A DNA stretch of 58,428 nt from a virus (taxonomy: Duplodnaviria; Caudoviricetes). The position numbers and the translations under genes are program-made. Where the stretch lies: positions 1 through 58,428 of IMG/VR virus record IMGVR_UViG_3300035180_000124. One strand, 5' to 3'. The notes under the pieces are model-generated. The model was not told the DNA's origin. It searched no databases and worked only from the letters and a program-made list of their open reading frames with translations. Positions 33,750 through 45,800 of this stretch are shown here, piece after piece. The first letter of the stretch is position 1. Every line of letters starts with the position of its first letter.

Positions 33750-36704
33750 ATGGAACCGCTTGATTTTCTAGCGGCGGTTTTGCCACCTCCCGGTAACGGG
33801 CGCTATTGCGTGGCAGAGCTGACGAAGAAGAAGGAACACGTATATGTGGACACATTGGAAGAGGCGCAGGTTGCAGTAGAGCGATGGAAGAAGTCGAACT
33901 TTGATGTTTACTTTGGGCTGAGTACCTACGGGGACGCGGATAACCGCCAAGCCACCAATACCCAGATGGCAAAGTGCATCGCTATCGACATCGACTGCAA
34001 CCACCCGAAGGACGTGCCGGACGAGCACGGCGAGTTCAAACCCAAGGCGTACCCATCAGCGCGTATGGCAGCGCAGGCTATTCTGGACTTCTCCACAGAG
34101 GTCGGGCTGGCTGGGCTAGGTGAGCCGTGGATGGTGGCATCTGGCGGCGGTGTGCACGCATACTGGCCGCTGCGTGAGGCGGTGGAGATCGCGGAGTGGA
34201 AGCCTGTGGCAGAAGCGTTCAAGCGCCTATGCGTGCAGAAGAAGCTCGGCATCGACCCCACAGTGACAGGTGATGCAGCGCGGGTGCTACGTGTGCCAGC
34301 AACGCTTAATACCGGGGTCAAGGGCGGCAAGCGTGTGCGCGGCGAAACCAAGGTACGTTTCATGCACGGCGGGGGCTTCTTCGACATTGATGACATCCGC
34401 GCTGTACTTGAAACCAACTTGGCAGGCACCGCATACGAAGTGAAGGCTAAGCCGAGCATGGCCCTCATGCTACCCGGACAGCGGCCTAAGAGTGCGCCGA
34501 CGACATCGGCTGTGCAGTTATTTGCGAACAGCGTCACGAAATTCGGCAATATCTACAAGGCAACCAAGAAGGGTAACGGCTGCGGCCAGTTAGAGTTCTA
34601 CGCCCTGAATGCCAGCGACGATGGGATGGAGCCGTTGTGGCGTGGGCTGCTGAGCATTGCTCAGAAGTGTGATGATGGTGAGCGTGCAGTTATCTGGCTG
34701 AGTGGCCTGCACCCTTACGACGAGAACCGGATGCACTCCAAGCTGGCCGAGATCAAAGGCCCGTACCCGTGCACCAAGTTCGACTCGGAGAACCCCGGCG
34801 TTTGCGTTAGCTGCAAGCACTGGGGAAAGATCACAAACCCGCTAGCGCTGGGGCGTGATACGGCTGTCGTTACTGAAGCGAAGGAAGTAGAAGTCGAGTC
34901 CGCAGGGACAGACACATTCCGCAAGATACTGCGCCCCGAAGCGCCGTTTGGTTATGCGTATGGACGCAACGGCGGCGTGTACATCGAGAAGCGCATGGAG
35001 AACGAGGATGGCACGGAGTCTAAGAAGCTGACGATGCTGATTAGCTACGATGTGTTCCCCCTCAATATCCTAGACAACGCTGGCGAGCACACCGTCCACA
35101 TGCTGGCGCTGCGTCCAGAGGGTGCCCAGAATATTCTGTTGCCCCAGAAGAGCTGCGTGAGCAAGGACGACACGGTGAAGTACCTAGCTACCCAGAACGT
35201 GCTGGCTGCTTTTGGCGGCGGCAACGACAAGAACTTTTACGATTACATACGAGCGAGTGTAGAAAAAATGAGCACTGAAAAATTACCCGTCAAAGTACCT
35301 GCAAGCTACGGCTGGCAGAAGGACAACACCTTTGTGTACGCAGGCAAGATATACGCACCCAAGGTGAAGCCGGTAGAAATACCTATGGTCGGGCTGGAGA
35401 ACATCGTGAACAACACGAAACCCACCGGCACCATACAGGGCTGGCGCAATGTGATTAACCTGCTAATCCAGAAGAAGATGTACGACCAACTAGCGATTAT
35501 CTTGGTTGGCGCTGGCGCACCGCTGATGAAGTTCACCGGCATCTACGGCATGACGTTCCACTGCGCTTCAACGTACTCAGGCACAGGCAAGTCGCTGGCG
35601 CTAGAAGGCGCGGCATCCATCTGGGGCCACCCGGTGCACTACCGCATTGGCAAGAGTTCATCCCCCGTGGCCATGCAGCAGCGTCTGGGTATGCTCAACA
35701 GCCTGCCCTTGATTACGGACGAGATTACCAGTAAGAACCGTGCGTCCCCTGAGTGGTTCACCGAGTTCCTACTGGATATGACTGAGGGCCGGGGCAAGGA
35801 GCGTATGGAGGCAGGCACCAACAAAGAGCGCCTGAACAACTCCACATGGATGTCGAACGCACTGATGTCATCGAACACCTACGTGGTGGACACGCTGCTC
35901 GGTACCCGCAAGCACGCATCGGAAGGCGAGATTCGCCGGGTCATTGAATTTGATATGGACACCCAGTTGGTATGGGAGCCATACGAGATTGAGATCATCA
36001 AGTCCTTGGCACAGAACTACGGCGTAGCTGGCGATATTTTTGCGCAGTACATGGTGGACAACTTCGACAAGATCGCCGAGACGGTGCCCGATGTAGTGCG
36101 CCAGATGTACACCTCGTACGAAGCTACCAATGACGAGCGTTTCTGGATGGCGGGTGTGGGCGCTTCCATCGCTGCCGGTATATTGTTCAGCAACAACAAC
36201 GCAGAGATTGCCGACTTCCCCATGCCCGAGATGATCGCGGCGTTTGGTCGGCGTATCAATGTCATGCGCAAGGCTATGAACAGCAACAAGCGCAGCGCTG
36301 AGGATGTACTAAACGCGTTTGTGCGTGAGGGCTACGGGCACTTCGTCATCGTCAACTACGGCGCTGCCGGAGGCATCCTGTCCCAGATGGGTGACGGCGC
36401 TGTGATCGACAGGAACACTACGAAGTCTGCGGTGCACGGGCGTATCGAGAACGGCCTGACCCCCGGCTGCTCGGACATGTACATCGAAGAGCGCGTGCTA
36501 CGCACGTTCTGCTCAAGCATGAGCTTCGGTTACACGGACTTTAAGAAGCAGCTTGAGATTCACCCCCAGATGAAGGTGTCGTACGTGGCCCGCAAAGACC
36601 TGATGTCCAAGACCAACGGCCCCCAAATGCGAGTGACGGCTATCCGTATCACACGCCCATTGACTGAAACCGATGAGCTTGGTAGTTCGCTATCCGTGGA
36701 CTGA
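33750..36704 (+). CDS. Primase-helicase (AEP/RepB-like N-terminus, DUF927-like P-loop helicase)
   Basis: DID, SGGGVHAYW and RVLRVP primase motifs; PCxxF...CxxC; Walker A SGTGKS; ITDE. Confidence 0.87.
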   Translation: MEPLDFLAAVLPPPGNGRYCVAELTKKKEHVYVDTLEEAQVAVERWKKSNFDVYFGLSTYGDADNRQATNTQMAKCIAIDIDCNHPKDVPDEHGEFKPKAYPSARMAAQAILDFSTEVGLAGLGEPWMVASGGGVHAYWPLREAVEIAEWKPVAEAFKRLCVQKKLGIDPTVTGDAARVLRVPATLNTGVKGGKRVRGETKVRFMHGGGFFDIDDIRAVLETNLAGTAYEVKAKPSMALMLPGQRPKSAPTTSAVQLFANSVTKFGNIYKATKKGNGCGQLEFYALNASDDGMEPLWRGLLSIAQKCDDGERAVIWLSGLHPYDENRMHSKLAEIKGPYPCTKFDSENPGVCVSCKHWGKITNPLALGRDTAVVTEAKEVEVESAGTDTFRKILRPEAPFGYAYGRNGGVYIEKRMENEDGTESKKLTMLISYDVFPLNILDNAGEHTVHMLALRPEGAQNILLPQKSCVSKDDTVKYLATQNVLAAFGGGNDKNFYDYIRASVEKMSTEKLPVKVPASYGWQKDNTFVYAGKIYAPKVKPVEIPMVGLENIVNNTKPTGTIQGWRNVINLLIQKKMYDQLAIILVGAGAPLMKFTGIYGMTFHCASTYSGTGKSLALEGAASIWGHPVHYRIGKSSSPVAMQQRLGMLNSLPLITDEITSKNRASPEWFTEFLLDMTEGRGKERMEAGTNKERLNNSTWMSNALMSSNTYVVDTLLGTRKHASEGEIRRVIEFDMDTQLVWEPYEIEIIKSLAQNYGVAGDIFAQYMVDNFDKIAETVPDVVRQMYTSYEATNDERFWMAGVGASIAAGILFSNNNAEIADFPMPEMIAAFGRRINVMRKAMNSNKRSAEDVLNAFVREGYGHFVIVNYGAAGGILSQMGDGAVIDRNTTKSAVHGRIENGLTPGCSDMYIEERVLRTFCSSMSFGYTDFKKQLEIHPQMKVSYVARKDLMSKTNGPQMRVTAIRITRPLTETDELGSSLSVD

Positions 36705-36876
36705 GCTGGAACGGGGGCAGGGATTCTTTGTCCCCTGCCTAGACCCCGAAGCAGTAAAGGAAGACGGCCTTAAAAAAGCTGTCTTCCTGCACATGTTCGA
36801 TGCCCACGCTAAGGTGGGCATCCGTAGGGGGCTCATGGGGGTGTGGTTCTACCGGCGCCCTCTTCCACCCGCCTGA
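36673..36876 (+). CDS. Small conserved DNA-binding-like protein
   Basis: YPW..LE.G..FFVP...GVWFYR pattern; last gene of the plus-strand module. Confidence 0.65.
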   Translation: MSLVVRYPWTELERGQGFFVPCLDPEAVKEDGLKKAVFLHMFDAHAKVGIRRGLMGVWFYRRPLPPA

Positions 36877-39800
36877 TGGCCTTCAGGTAACGCTCGGACT
36901 GTAGCTGACGTTGCGCGTTCAAGGTGTCAATTCGTTTTTCCTTGGCATCAGATGGCGCGTTGGAACTGCGGATTATGTCTTCCTGCGTACGCAGCGTTCC
37001 CATGAACTTCTGATACTGCAACGCCATCGGCGCAACTGCGATCTCAGCGCGGTGCTCACGCAAATAGTCCTTGGCGTCTTCGATCTTTCCGGTCTTGCGG
37101 TAGTTGTCGAAAGTTCGCTTAGCTTCCATTGCATCCGTGGCCAGCTTGTACACAACGTCGGCTTCCTCACCGCCGTACTTGCGCTGGAACGAGCTGCCAA
37201 TCAGCGGCATCTCGGACAGCTTGCGGGTGGGCTCGGCCTTGCCTTCGCGGAACATTTCGTTGGTAGTAGCCACCACCATCAGTGGTATTTGCCCCAAGTA
37301 ACCGGACACAATGTGCTCGATCTGGATAGGGGACAGGCCCGGAACCATCTTGGCCATGAACTTGGCCAGCTCAGTGGTGTTGGAGTTGTACTGCGCCACA
37401 GGGTCTAGCTTCTCTAAACGGGCAGATACCAACGGGTTGCCTGAGTAGAAGTTTTTGTTGGCGTATACCTCGGCTATGGGCTTGATGATCTGAGGCATGC
37501 CCATGTTGCTGGAACCGGGGATAGCGCTCACAAACATGTCTTTCAGCGCACGAAGTTGTTGAGGTGTGTCTACCTCGCCTTTCATGGCGTCAACAGCAGC
37601 CACGCCTGCCGAGAAGAAGAAGCCGAACTCGTACGGGATAGGCAGCTTGATAGGCTCATCTACACCGGGAAGGTGTAAGAAGAAGTTGCTGTACCGATCT
37701 TTAGGCTTGGCGTTTTTGTAGTAATCGTCGTCGTCCATAGCCATTGCGTAGGCGATGCCGAACCCGGTCAACAGCATGGCATTGTTGAAGAACTTGCGCT
37801 TGATCTTCAGCACGTCGTTGGCCGGCATGTTGCCCGTGGCTGCTTTGAACAGTACGCTCAAACCCTGAATCTGCGCGTTGAAGAACGGTATCATGCGGCT
37901 GGCGTACTGCACGGTAGGCGAGAGGCCGCGCTTGGAGAAGTTCATCGACTCCCGCACTGAATGGCTGGCTTCGACTTCAGACAGGCCGTTTTTAATAGCG
38001 TTTTCGTAGATCAGCGCACGGGTAGCGACATCGGCCTGTAGCGCCAGCTTATCGGCCTTAGCAAACAGCTTGTCAAGAACGCCTTGAGACTTGCCGCTGG
38101 CCAACTGCAGCGCGATCTTGGACATGTTGGCCGGGTCGCCCTCGAACAAACCGGACTGCATCAAGCCCTTCTCAACCATCTTGGCACCGGCTTCGCTCTT
38201 GCCAGTGGCAATCTTCAGGAACTCCTTGTTGGCCTTGAAGATGGCAGTGAGCGGGCCGTAGTCCAGACCGGAAGTAGCCGTAGCTGCGAACGGGTCGCGG
38301 AACAATTGACGGGCCAAGTAGATGGGGGTGCGAGTGACACCAGAACGCAACAGATCACCGGCGATGCCACCCCACTTCAGGAACGCAGGCAGCGTCAGGT
38401 GTGCGCCTTCCAAGGACTTGATAATCAGTTCCGCAGGAACGCCGCCAAACATTGTTTCCGTGGTTTGAACGCGCAGCCAGCGATCTCCCTTGTCTTCAGA
38501 CTTGTTAGGGTCAGGCTCTTGCGTCCAGCGGATAACGCTGGCATCGGCAGGGGCTTTTCCGCTGTGGATTGGCATTAGGTTAGTGGGCTTGCCCATCTTA
38601 TCGACGGAGCCAAGACCTTGGCCTGCAGCTTGCATCGCGTAGCCTACGTTCTTCATGGCCATGTTGTTCATGCCCTTAGTGACCAGCAGCATGGTATTGC
38701 GCATGATCGACTTGTCCAAAGGCATGATCTTGCTCTCGCCGCCTTTGAGTTCAGCAAGGTACGGTTGATGCGTTATGTCGCCAATCGTGAGCGTCTTCTC
38801 ACCGCCAAAGACCAACTCAGCCACGCCGTCGGCACGAACGCGGTAGTAGGGAACGTAGTCCTCATCCTTCAAGTACGCCTTGGCGTCGGCCTGCGTAATA
38901 GCTGCCACCTGTGGGGAGGACAGCCACTCAATCATGCCCCGGTTGTAGGCGTTGTACTTGGTGCGGGCATTCTCCAGCGCTGCCTTGAGCTTGGGGTCGG
39001 AATTGGCCACAGCCATAGCGTCTTGCAACTCTTGCTCGGTAACACCGAGAGCGCCTAGGTCAAGCTTCTTCAAGCCTTTGTTCATCGCACGTTGGGCGAT
39101 CATGTACGCAGAAGCTAACCCCATTTTGGCTTCGGTATTGCCGTAACTATCCGGGATGTCCTGCACGGCGTCGAATATAGCACCGGCATCGTTCTTCATG
39201 GAGCTACGAACTTCGTAGTAGCCCTTGGAGTCTTTGAACATCTCGGGGGGCCCGTTGCTGAGCGCCATCTGGGTAATAGCGCCGTGCTGATCTGCAGCGG
39301 TAATGCTGAAGATAGCCTGACGGAAGTCCCGTGTGCTGCCCATAGTGTTCGGGTCTTCAACAGCGTTGTTCAGCGCCTTGATAACACCGGCACGCATATC
39401 AGCGGTCTGCATCTCGATCTGCAGCGCGATGTTGGAGCCTGCCTTCTCACGCAAGGTCTTTGGTTGTGCAACTGCACGTTCTGCCAACTTGGACAGAGCG
39501 TCGTCGGACTTGTACTTAGCAACGCGGGAAAACAACGGGCCTTCAGCAGGGCCAATAGGTTGCAAATTAGTGCCTAGTATTTCAGGCTTAACACCAATGA
39601 ACGCACGTTCAACGTATTCGCCACCTTCATTATTTTGCTCAATGGCGTCTATGCCTGCCGCTTTTAGAACTCGCGTTGCCTCGTCAACGCCAAGTTTTTC
39701 CCGTATGTCAAAAAATAAACCGTTGGCGGGGTACTTACCTTCTTGTTCAGCACGTTGTTTAGCGTACCTGTCCCCGTACTGTTCAAACAGAGCATCAAGT

Positions 39801-42800
39801 TTTGGCCTATCACCGACAATGAAATCAGAGTTAACTTTGTACACACGTTCTTCAGGAACGTCGTCCAATGTGCGGTACAAGTTGCCTTGTTTGGGGCGCT
39901 CTTTGAGCCCTTTTATTTTTGAAACATCAAGCGTGTTGACCGCATCTAAACGTGCTTGCGTGGTATACAAGTTTGCTTCTAGCCTGACTACTGCCGCAGC
40001 ATTTTTACCTGATACTACAGATGCTGCAGGCAACCCCGTTTTTTTAGATACAGGCCCCGTCAAATACTTAGCCAAACGTTGCTTGGTATCGGCAATATCA
40101 CTTTCCAAACGTTTTTTGGTGTCGGCAATGTACTCGACAGCCGCTTTATTTTCTTTTGGGTTTAATGCACCCCCTTCTTGCACACCGCGCAGGTAGCGTG
40201 TTAAAAGATTAGATTCGTATCTTGTACGAACTTCTTTGGAAGACAAGTCACCAACGCTGGTAGACATGTACTTCTCGTCCAAGTCACGGAACTGCTGGTA
40301 TGACATATCCCCATAACCCGTAGCGTTGGACGCTTTACCAAAAGTAACTGCGGTCTGGTAATACTCAGCGTAGTCTTTGTCTGCGGTTACGTACGGCCCA
40401 ACACCAAGCGATTTTTCGCGTTCAAAGCGACGGTCAAAAGCCCCCTCACCTTCCCCCGCAAAATTGGTATCAAACGCCGTAAACTTGGCGTCTGAGCCGT
40501 GCCATGTGCCTTGCAATTCCAATTGGGCACAACCGTAAGCAAAGTTAACTAGGTCGCCCGCTTTAAGGCCCGAGGAATTTATATCAAATACCGCGAGCGC
40601 TTTCTTAAACGCATCGACCACCATTTTTAACCAGTTGTGTATGGCGGTTCGGTTAACGGCACCTGTTGGTTGGATACCCGCCTTAATAGCTTCTTCTACG
40701 GCGTACGCAATAATTTCGTCGTCTACTTGGTTAACGGGAGTTTCCGCAGCTTCTACACGGGCAAGCGCCGCTTTACCAATTTTGGACTCAATAGAACCGT
40801 CATTACGTTTAGCCCAGTTTTTAACCGTGGTGGAAATAGCGTTGTACTGCGCCGGATTAAAAAAGTTACGGAAACCGATGTGCGCTCCGACTTCGTGCAG
40901 CGTAACGCCGAGCGCCTCGCCCTTACCGATGTTGTCCGCAAATAAGAAGGCTTGTTCTTTGTGCACAAGCCCTTTAACATCTGACGGAACCTTACCTTTG
41001 GTTGTGGGGTACGCTTTTGTAAAGTCGTCAACGGACTTAAACACAGTCAGTTTTGCGGGTTTTTTATCGCTGTGCGTTTTTTCTTTTGGTATCACAATGC
41101 CTGCTTCAGCAAGCTCGGCTGTAACGCTCTCAACAGTAGACGCATTTGTCGGTTTACCGCGAGAAAATTCAACGCCTTCTAAGATTGGGCCAGACGCCTC
41201 TGCCTGACGCTGCTCTTCAGCTTCTTTGAGAGCCAGCGCATCTTTACCGGACTGCGCCTCTTCCACGCTCTTTCGTGCAGACGCCACTGCAGCGTTGGTT
41301 TCTTTCTGGCTCTTCGTGACTTCAGCAACAACGGCCTGTTTGTCGGCAACGGTTCCCTTGAGTCCTGCTTCCTGCTCTTGCAAGCCCTTGAATAGCTCCG
41401 TGTAACGGTTGCCTTTCTTTGCCTTGTTGTTGTCGCGCAAATACTGCATGCGGTCTTGCAAAGCTTTCAGTTCTGCACGGGCGCCCGCCAACTCGCTCAA
41501 CGCCTCTTGTGCAACTTTTGCACGGTCAGAAGGACGCTTGCGCTCACCGGACTCAGATACTCGGCCAGTACGGACATCAACAACTGCACTGCCTGCCCTC
41601 GGTGCGGCAAGGGTCGCAGGGATTTCGCCAGCTTTCTCTTGGCGCTTTCTTGCAATCAAATCGTAGCCTGCGGCTTGGGCTTCATCAAAAGCTTTTTCAA
41701 GCTCAAGCTGCCCTTGTTCTTTGATCTCAGTCGTAATGCGCGGGGCGTTTTCGTACACCGCTTCTAGATCAACAGCAGCCTGACTACGTTTTGTTTTAAG
41801 GTCGGCAATCTTTCCCTTACCTTCGGCGGTCAGCTTGTTTTTCGGGTCTTGTAGCGTTTCCAGTTGGGCATCAAACGACCCCAGCTTGCTTCGGATGCCG
41901 AGAATGCGTTGCTTGAGTTCGGATACGTCCTGCGTTACGCGAGTACCCGGCAAGTCCATCCCCTCGCGCCCGCGTTGCAATGCTGTCCGCCATGTGGCCA
42001 TTGGAGTGGCTTGGCTGGTAACAGCCTCTTCAACAGGTTTGGCCGGTTCTTTCAATTCTTGGCGTTGAGCTGCTTCAAACGCTTTGGTAAGTCTGTTAAT
42101 TTTTTCTGTAGCTTTATTTGCTTCTGACAACAAAGACTCACGTACGGTGCTGTCGGCTACGTGTTGATTAACCAAACCATTGAGGTCAGTGCGTGCTTTG
42201 TCAACGGTGCTTTTAGCAAAACGTACTGCGGCGGTCAGGCGGTTAATTTCTTTAGTTAAAGAAGCTTTGCCCGCCAGCGCTTGTTTAAGCTCAAGCAATT
42301 CTTTGACTTTATTTGCGGAAAACACCGCGTTTAAATTTTCTCCTACCAACCCCATGTGGTCGCTAATATTTTTAATCGAAGTAGCGTTGGGGCTTGTTGA
42401 AAAGTATTTTGCTTTTTTCTGTTGTTCTTTCAAACGATCTAAAAGCGCGGTTCTTTCCGCTGGGTTTTTATCAGCAATTGCCAGTAAGCGATCAACTTGC
42501 TGTACCAGTTCTTTCTTCTGGCTTTCGTTAAGCCCCGCCATTTGTGCTCGAATATCTTTAAGCAACGTCACGCGTGCGGGGATACTTTGCAAAGCGGTTT
42601 CAAGCTCCACAACTTTACGCACCGCAGACGCGTACCACTCGGGTTCACCGCGCTCTTTGTCCGCACTTGCCAGCAAAGGCCCTGCTTTTTCTTTGGCCTT
42701 TTTAAGCGCGACTTCGGCTTGTTGGGCTGCGGTCTTGGCAGGTTGCAAGCTGTCCCGTACCGTTTGCAAAGCTGTTTGATTGTCAGCTTTTTGCTGCGCA

Positions 42801-45800
42801 ATTGTTTCTTGCATCCCTTGCACGTTTTTGGAATCCAGCATCTTCTGGAAATTTTCCGGCGTGACACGCAACGTCTGGACTTCAGCTTCTGGAAAAAGAG
42901 CCCGTTGCTGTTGTGCGCTGGTTCTTTGCAAGTCTTCTGGTGTAGCGCCGGGTTGTGCGGCACTTTGACGGCCTTCCTCTTGTACCCTAATCATGTCGCC
43001 CAGTTCACGTACCGCAAACTGGTCTGGTAAGTTCCCCTCCATAACGCGCTGCACTTGCTCACGTGCCAGCGCCGTGAAGTCTTTGTTAGACGTGTTAGGC
43101 AGTGCGTCACGTAGTTGGTTCAGCAGTTGTACAGAAGCCTCGTTGGTCTTTGCTGTAGTAACCCCTGATTTTTCTTCAGCCAATAGCTGTGCAATATCGC
43201 TAAAACTTTTTACTTTTTCTGGCGGTTTAACCGTGTTTGTGGGTATTGCAGTAGTGCGTGTATCAAGCGTATTCAACACTTGGTCAATCATGTCCAACGT
43301 GTTTTGTTTGTCGTCTTCTGCCAGTTTTGGCTGTTCACGCAGATTAAGAGTTTCTGTAACAGGCTGTGGGCCAGTTGGACGGGCGTAGTCTGTTTGGCGC
43401 AGTTGTCCTTTTTCGTCACGCTCAAGCGTAGGTGTGGCTGACCGAGTTACGGTCTTTTCTTTCATCGTGCCTTGCGTGTCCTTCAACATGCGTTCGGCAG
43501 CGGAAGACACGTTCGTATAAATGTTGGTGCGCATTTGGTCTTGCAGTGCCGCAATAGCGCCTACCGGTGCACCAAACTGACGCTGCCCTATGGGAGCATT
43601 TTTAGGGATGGCTTGGCCCCAACGACTTTGCAGTTCGTTAAAACCTTCCATGACCCTTGCACGGGATTCCCCAATCTCCCATTTCGCCATAGGGGGCAAA
43701 TTAAAAGCAGCGCGACGGGACGCAATCTCCGCCAGATGACTATTCAAATACGCCATCCTTGCAGTGTCCATTAGCGTGGACGACTGGTCTGCCAGCGTAA
43801 TAGGCGGCTTGCCTGCGGCTTCGCGCTTTTTATTAACGTCTGTCAGACGTGCAGACACGTTGGCAGTGTCAGGACGCAGTTTAATTTTTTGCAATTGACC
43901 AACAAACGCCTGCAGCAACTCGCTTTGTTTATCAGCGTGTTGTTCTGCTTCAGCTTCTTGGGCGCGTGATTCGGGCAACTTACCTTCACCCAAAGCGGGC
44001 AAACGATATATTGGCTTACCCGACGCAGCGTTTTCTTCCTGCCTTGCTTTAATGTCTGCGACCTGATCGTTGAGCGAGCCAACAAGTTCCGCGTTTCGCG
44101 TAATTTTTGCAATGGCCAGTTGCGTTTGCAGGTCACGTAAGTGCGCCTGTTCGCCGCCAAGTCCCGACATTATTTGTCCGGGGGTAACTACGCTACCCGT
44201 AGGAAACGTGGCCAAGAGCTTATCAATCGTTTCTTTCTCAGCTCGGTGACGCAGTTCTTCATCCCGTTGCGGCTGCTCCGCAGCGGGGGTATTGGCTTCC
44301 GTTAGTTTTCGTTGTGTGCGGCGTTCTTGAATTTGTTGGTTAACGTATGCGTCGGACTCAGCTCTGGCAGCTTGTTGCGCTCCTTGACGTTGGTCTTCTA
44401 AATCTTTAGCTTTGCGTGCGGCCATTTCTTCCGCAGTTTCAGACGTTGCTTTGAACGGCTGCATTTCAATGGTCTGCTGGGTCGTAGGCACCGCTTGCTG
44501 CTGCAAGTTAAGAATGCTTTGGGACAACTTGGCTGCGGCGGGTACATCGCCCCTGTCTTTGGCTACGCCTAGTTTTTGTTGCAGTTTGGCAATTTGGTCT
44601 TCAACGGGCCTAGGTAACGCTTCAACATCTTTACGAGATTGCATCAGCGCGGTATTGGCTTGTGCGTACTTGGGCGCAAGATCTACAATTTCTTGGGGGC
44701 TAGCGTCTTGCAGTTGAGACTGATATTGCTGAACCAGTTGCTCCAACATCCGTACTTGCTGGCGCGGGTCTGCCTTCGGTTCTACTGCTGCTTCAGGAAC
44801 TTGACGCTCCACGGGCTGGCCAAACATGTCCAAGTCAGGTGTAGCAGGCGCTGCTGCTTCGGGCACCAATGAGGGTTGCTGCAGTTGCGTTGTGTCTTCA
44901 ATGGGTGCAGGAGCGGGGGTTGGCTCAGGAAGAAGGAACCGGCGGTACTTGCGGAACTCTGCGTTGGTTTCTTTCAGTACGTCGGCGTGCTCGGCAAGGG
45001 CTTTCTGGGTTTCGCGGTTGTCCTGCTTCTGGTCTTCCGTAAGCTTGACGCCCTTGCCTGCTCGGTGCATCTGCGCGTCCAACTCGACCTTGCGCTGCTC
45101 TGCCGCTAGGTAGTCTTGCTGCGCCTGAACCGCATACTCGGGAGTTTGCTTCTGGGCTTCTTCAACGGCTGCGGCTTGCTCTGCGGCCTGCGATGCTGCG
45201 GTGCGTGCCTCGACTTGCTTGGTGCGTTCACCCTTATCGAAACGTGTTTGCTCTTGACCGCGTTCAACGTACCGGCCTGCAGGGGCCAAGATACCGCCGA
45301 GGACAGCGCCACCGATGAAGTTGTCAAAATATTCTGCACGGGCATTTGCGTCTGTGATGTTCAGACCGGCCTGCATACGCTCAAACACCTGTTGACCTGC
45401 TTCGGTCAGACCCTCGATACCCATCGTCTTGCCGGTGGATAGCAGGTAATCAGCCGCCGTTTTCTTGATGCCTTCCTTGGCCAAGTCATTTGCGGCTTTG
45501 GCCGACAGGTTAACGCCTGCTTTCTCAAATATCTTGCCGAGGCCGGGGATCATACGCATACTCACGGTATCCAGCGCGGCTTGGGGGATGGACGCCAGCG
45601 CAGCGGCGGTCAGGTCAGTATCGCCCAGTTTCTTGCCTTCTTCGGTTTGGCGTACCAAGTTCGAAGCGGTGAACTGCCCCGCAGAAGCAGCGCCTGCGGC
45701 ACCCAAACCAAGTGCCGTACCCGCAGTCGTCAAACCGCCCAAAATAGGGGCCGCAGCTAGTGCTTCAGGAAGCGCAAGTGCCGCAGCGCCAGCGGCAAGC

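Noticed and set aside
36833-36876. Convergent overlap of early and late modules without a terminator
   Set aside because: Short tail-to-tail overlaps are common in compact phage genomes.
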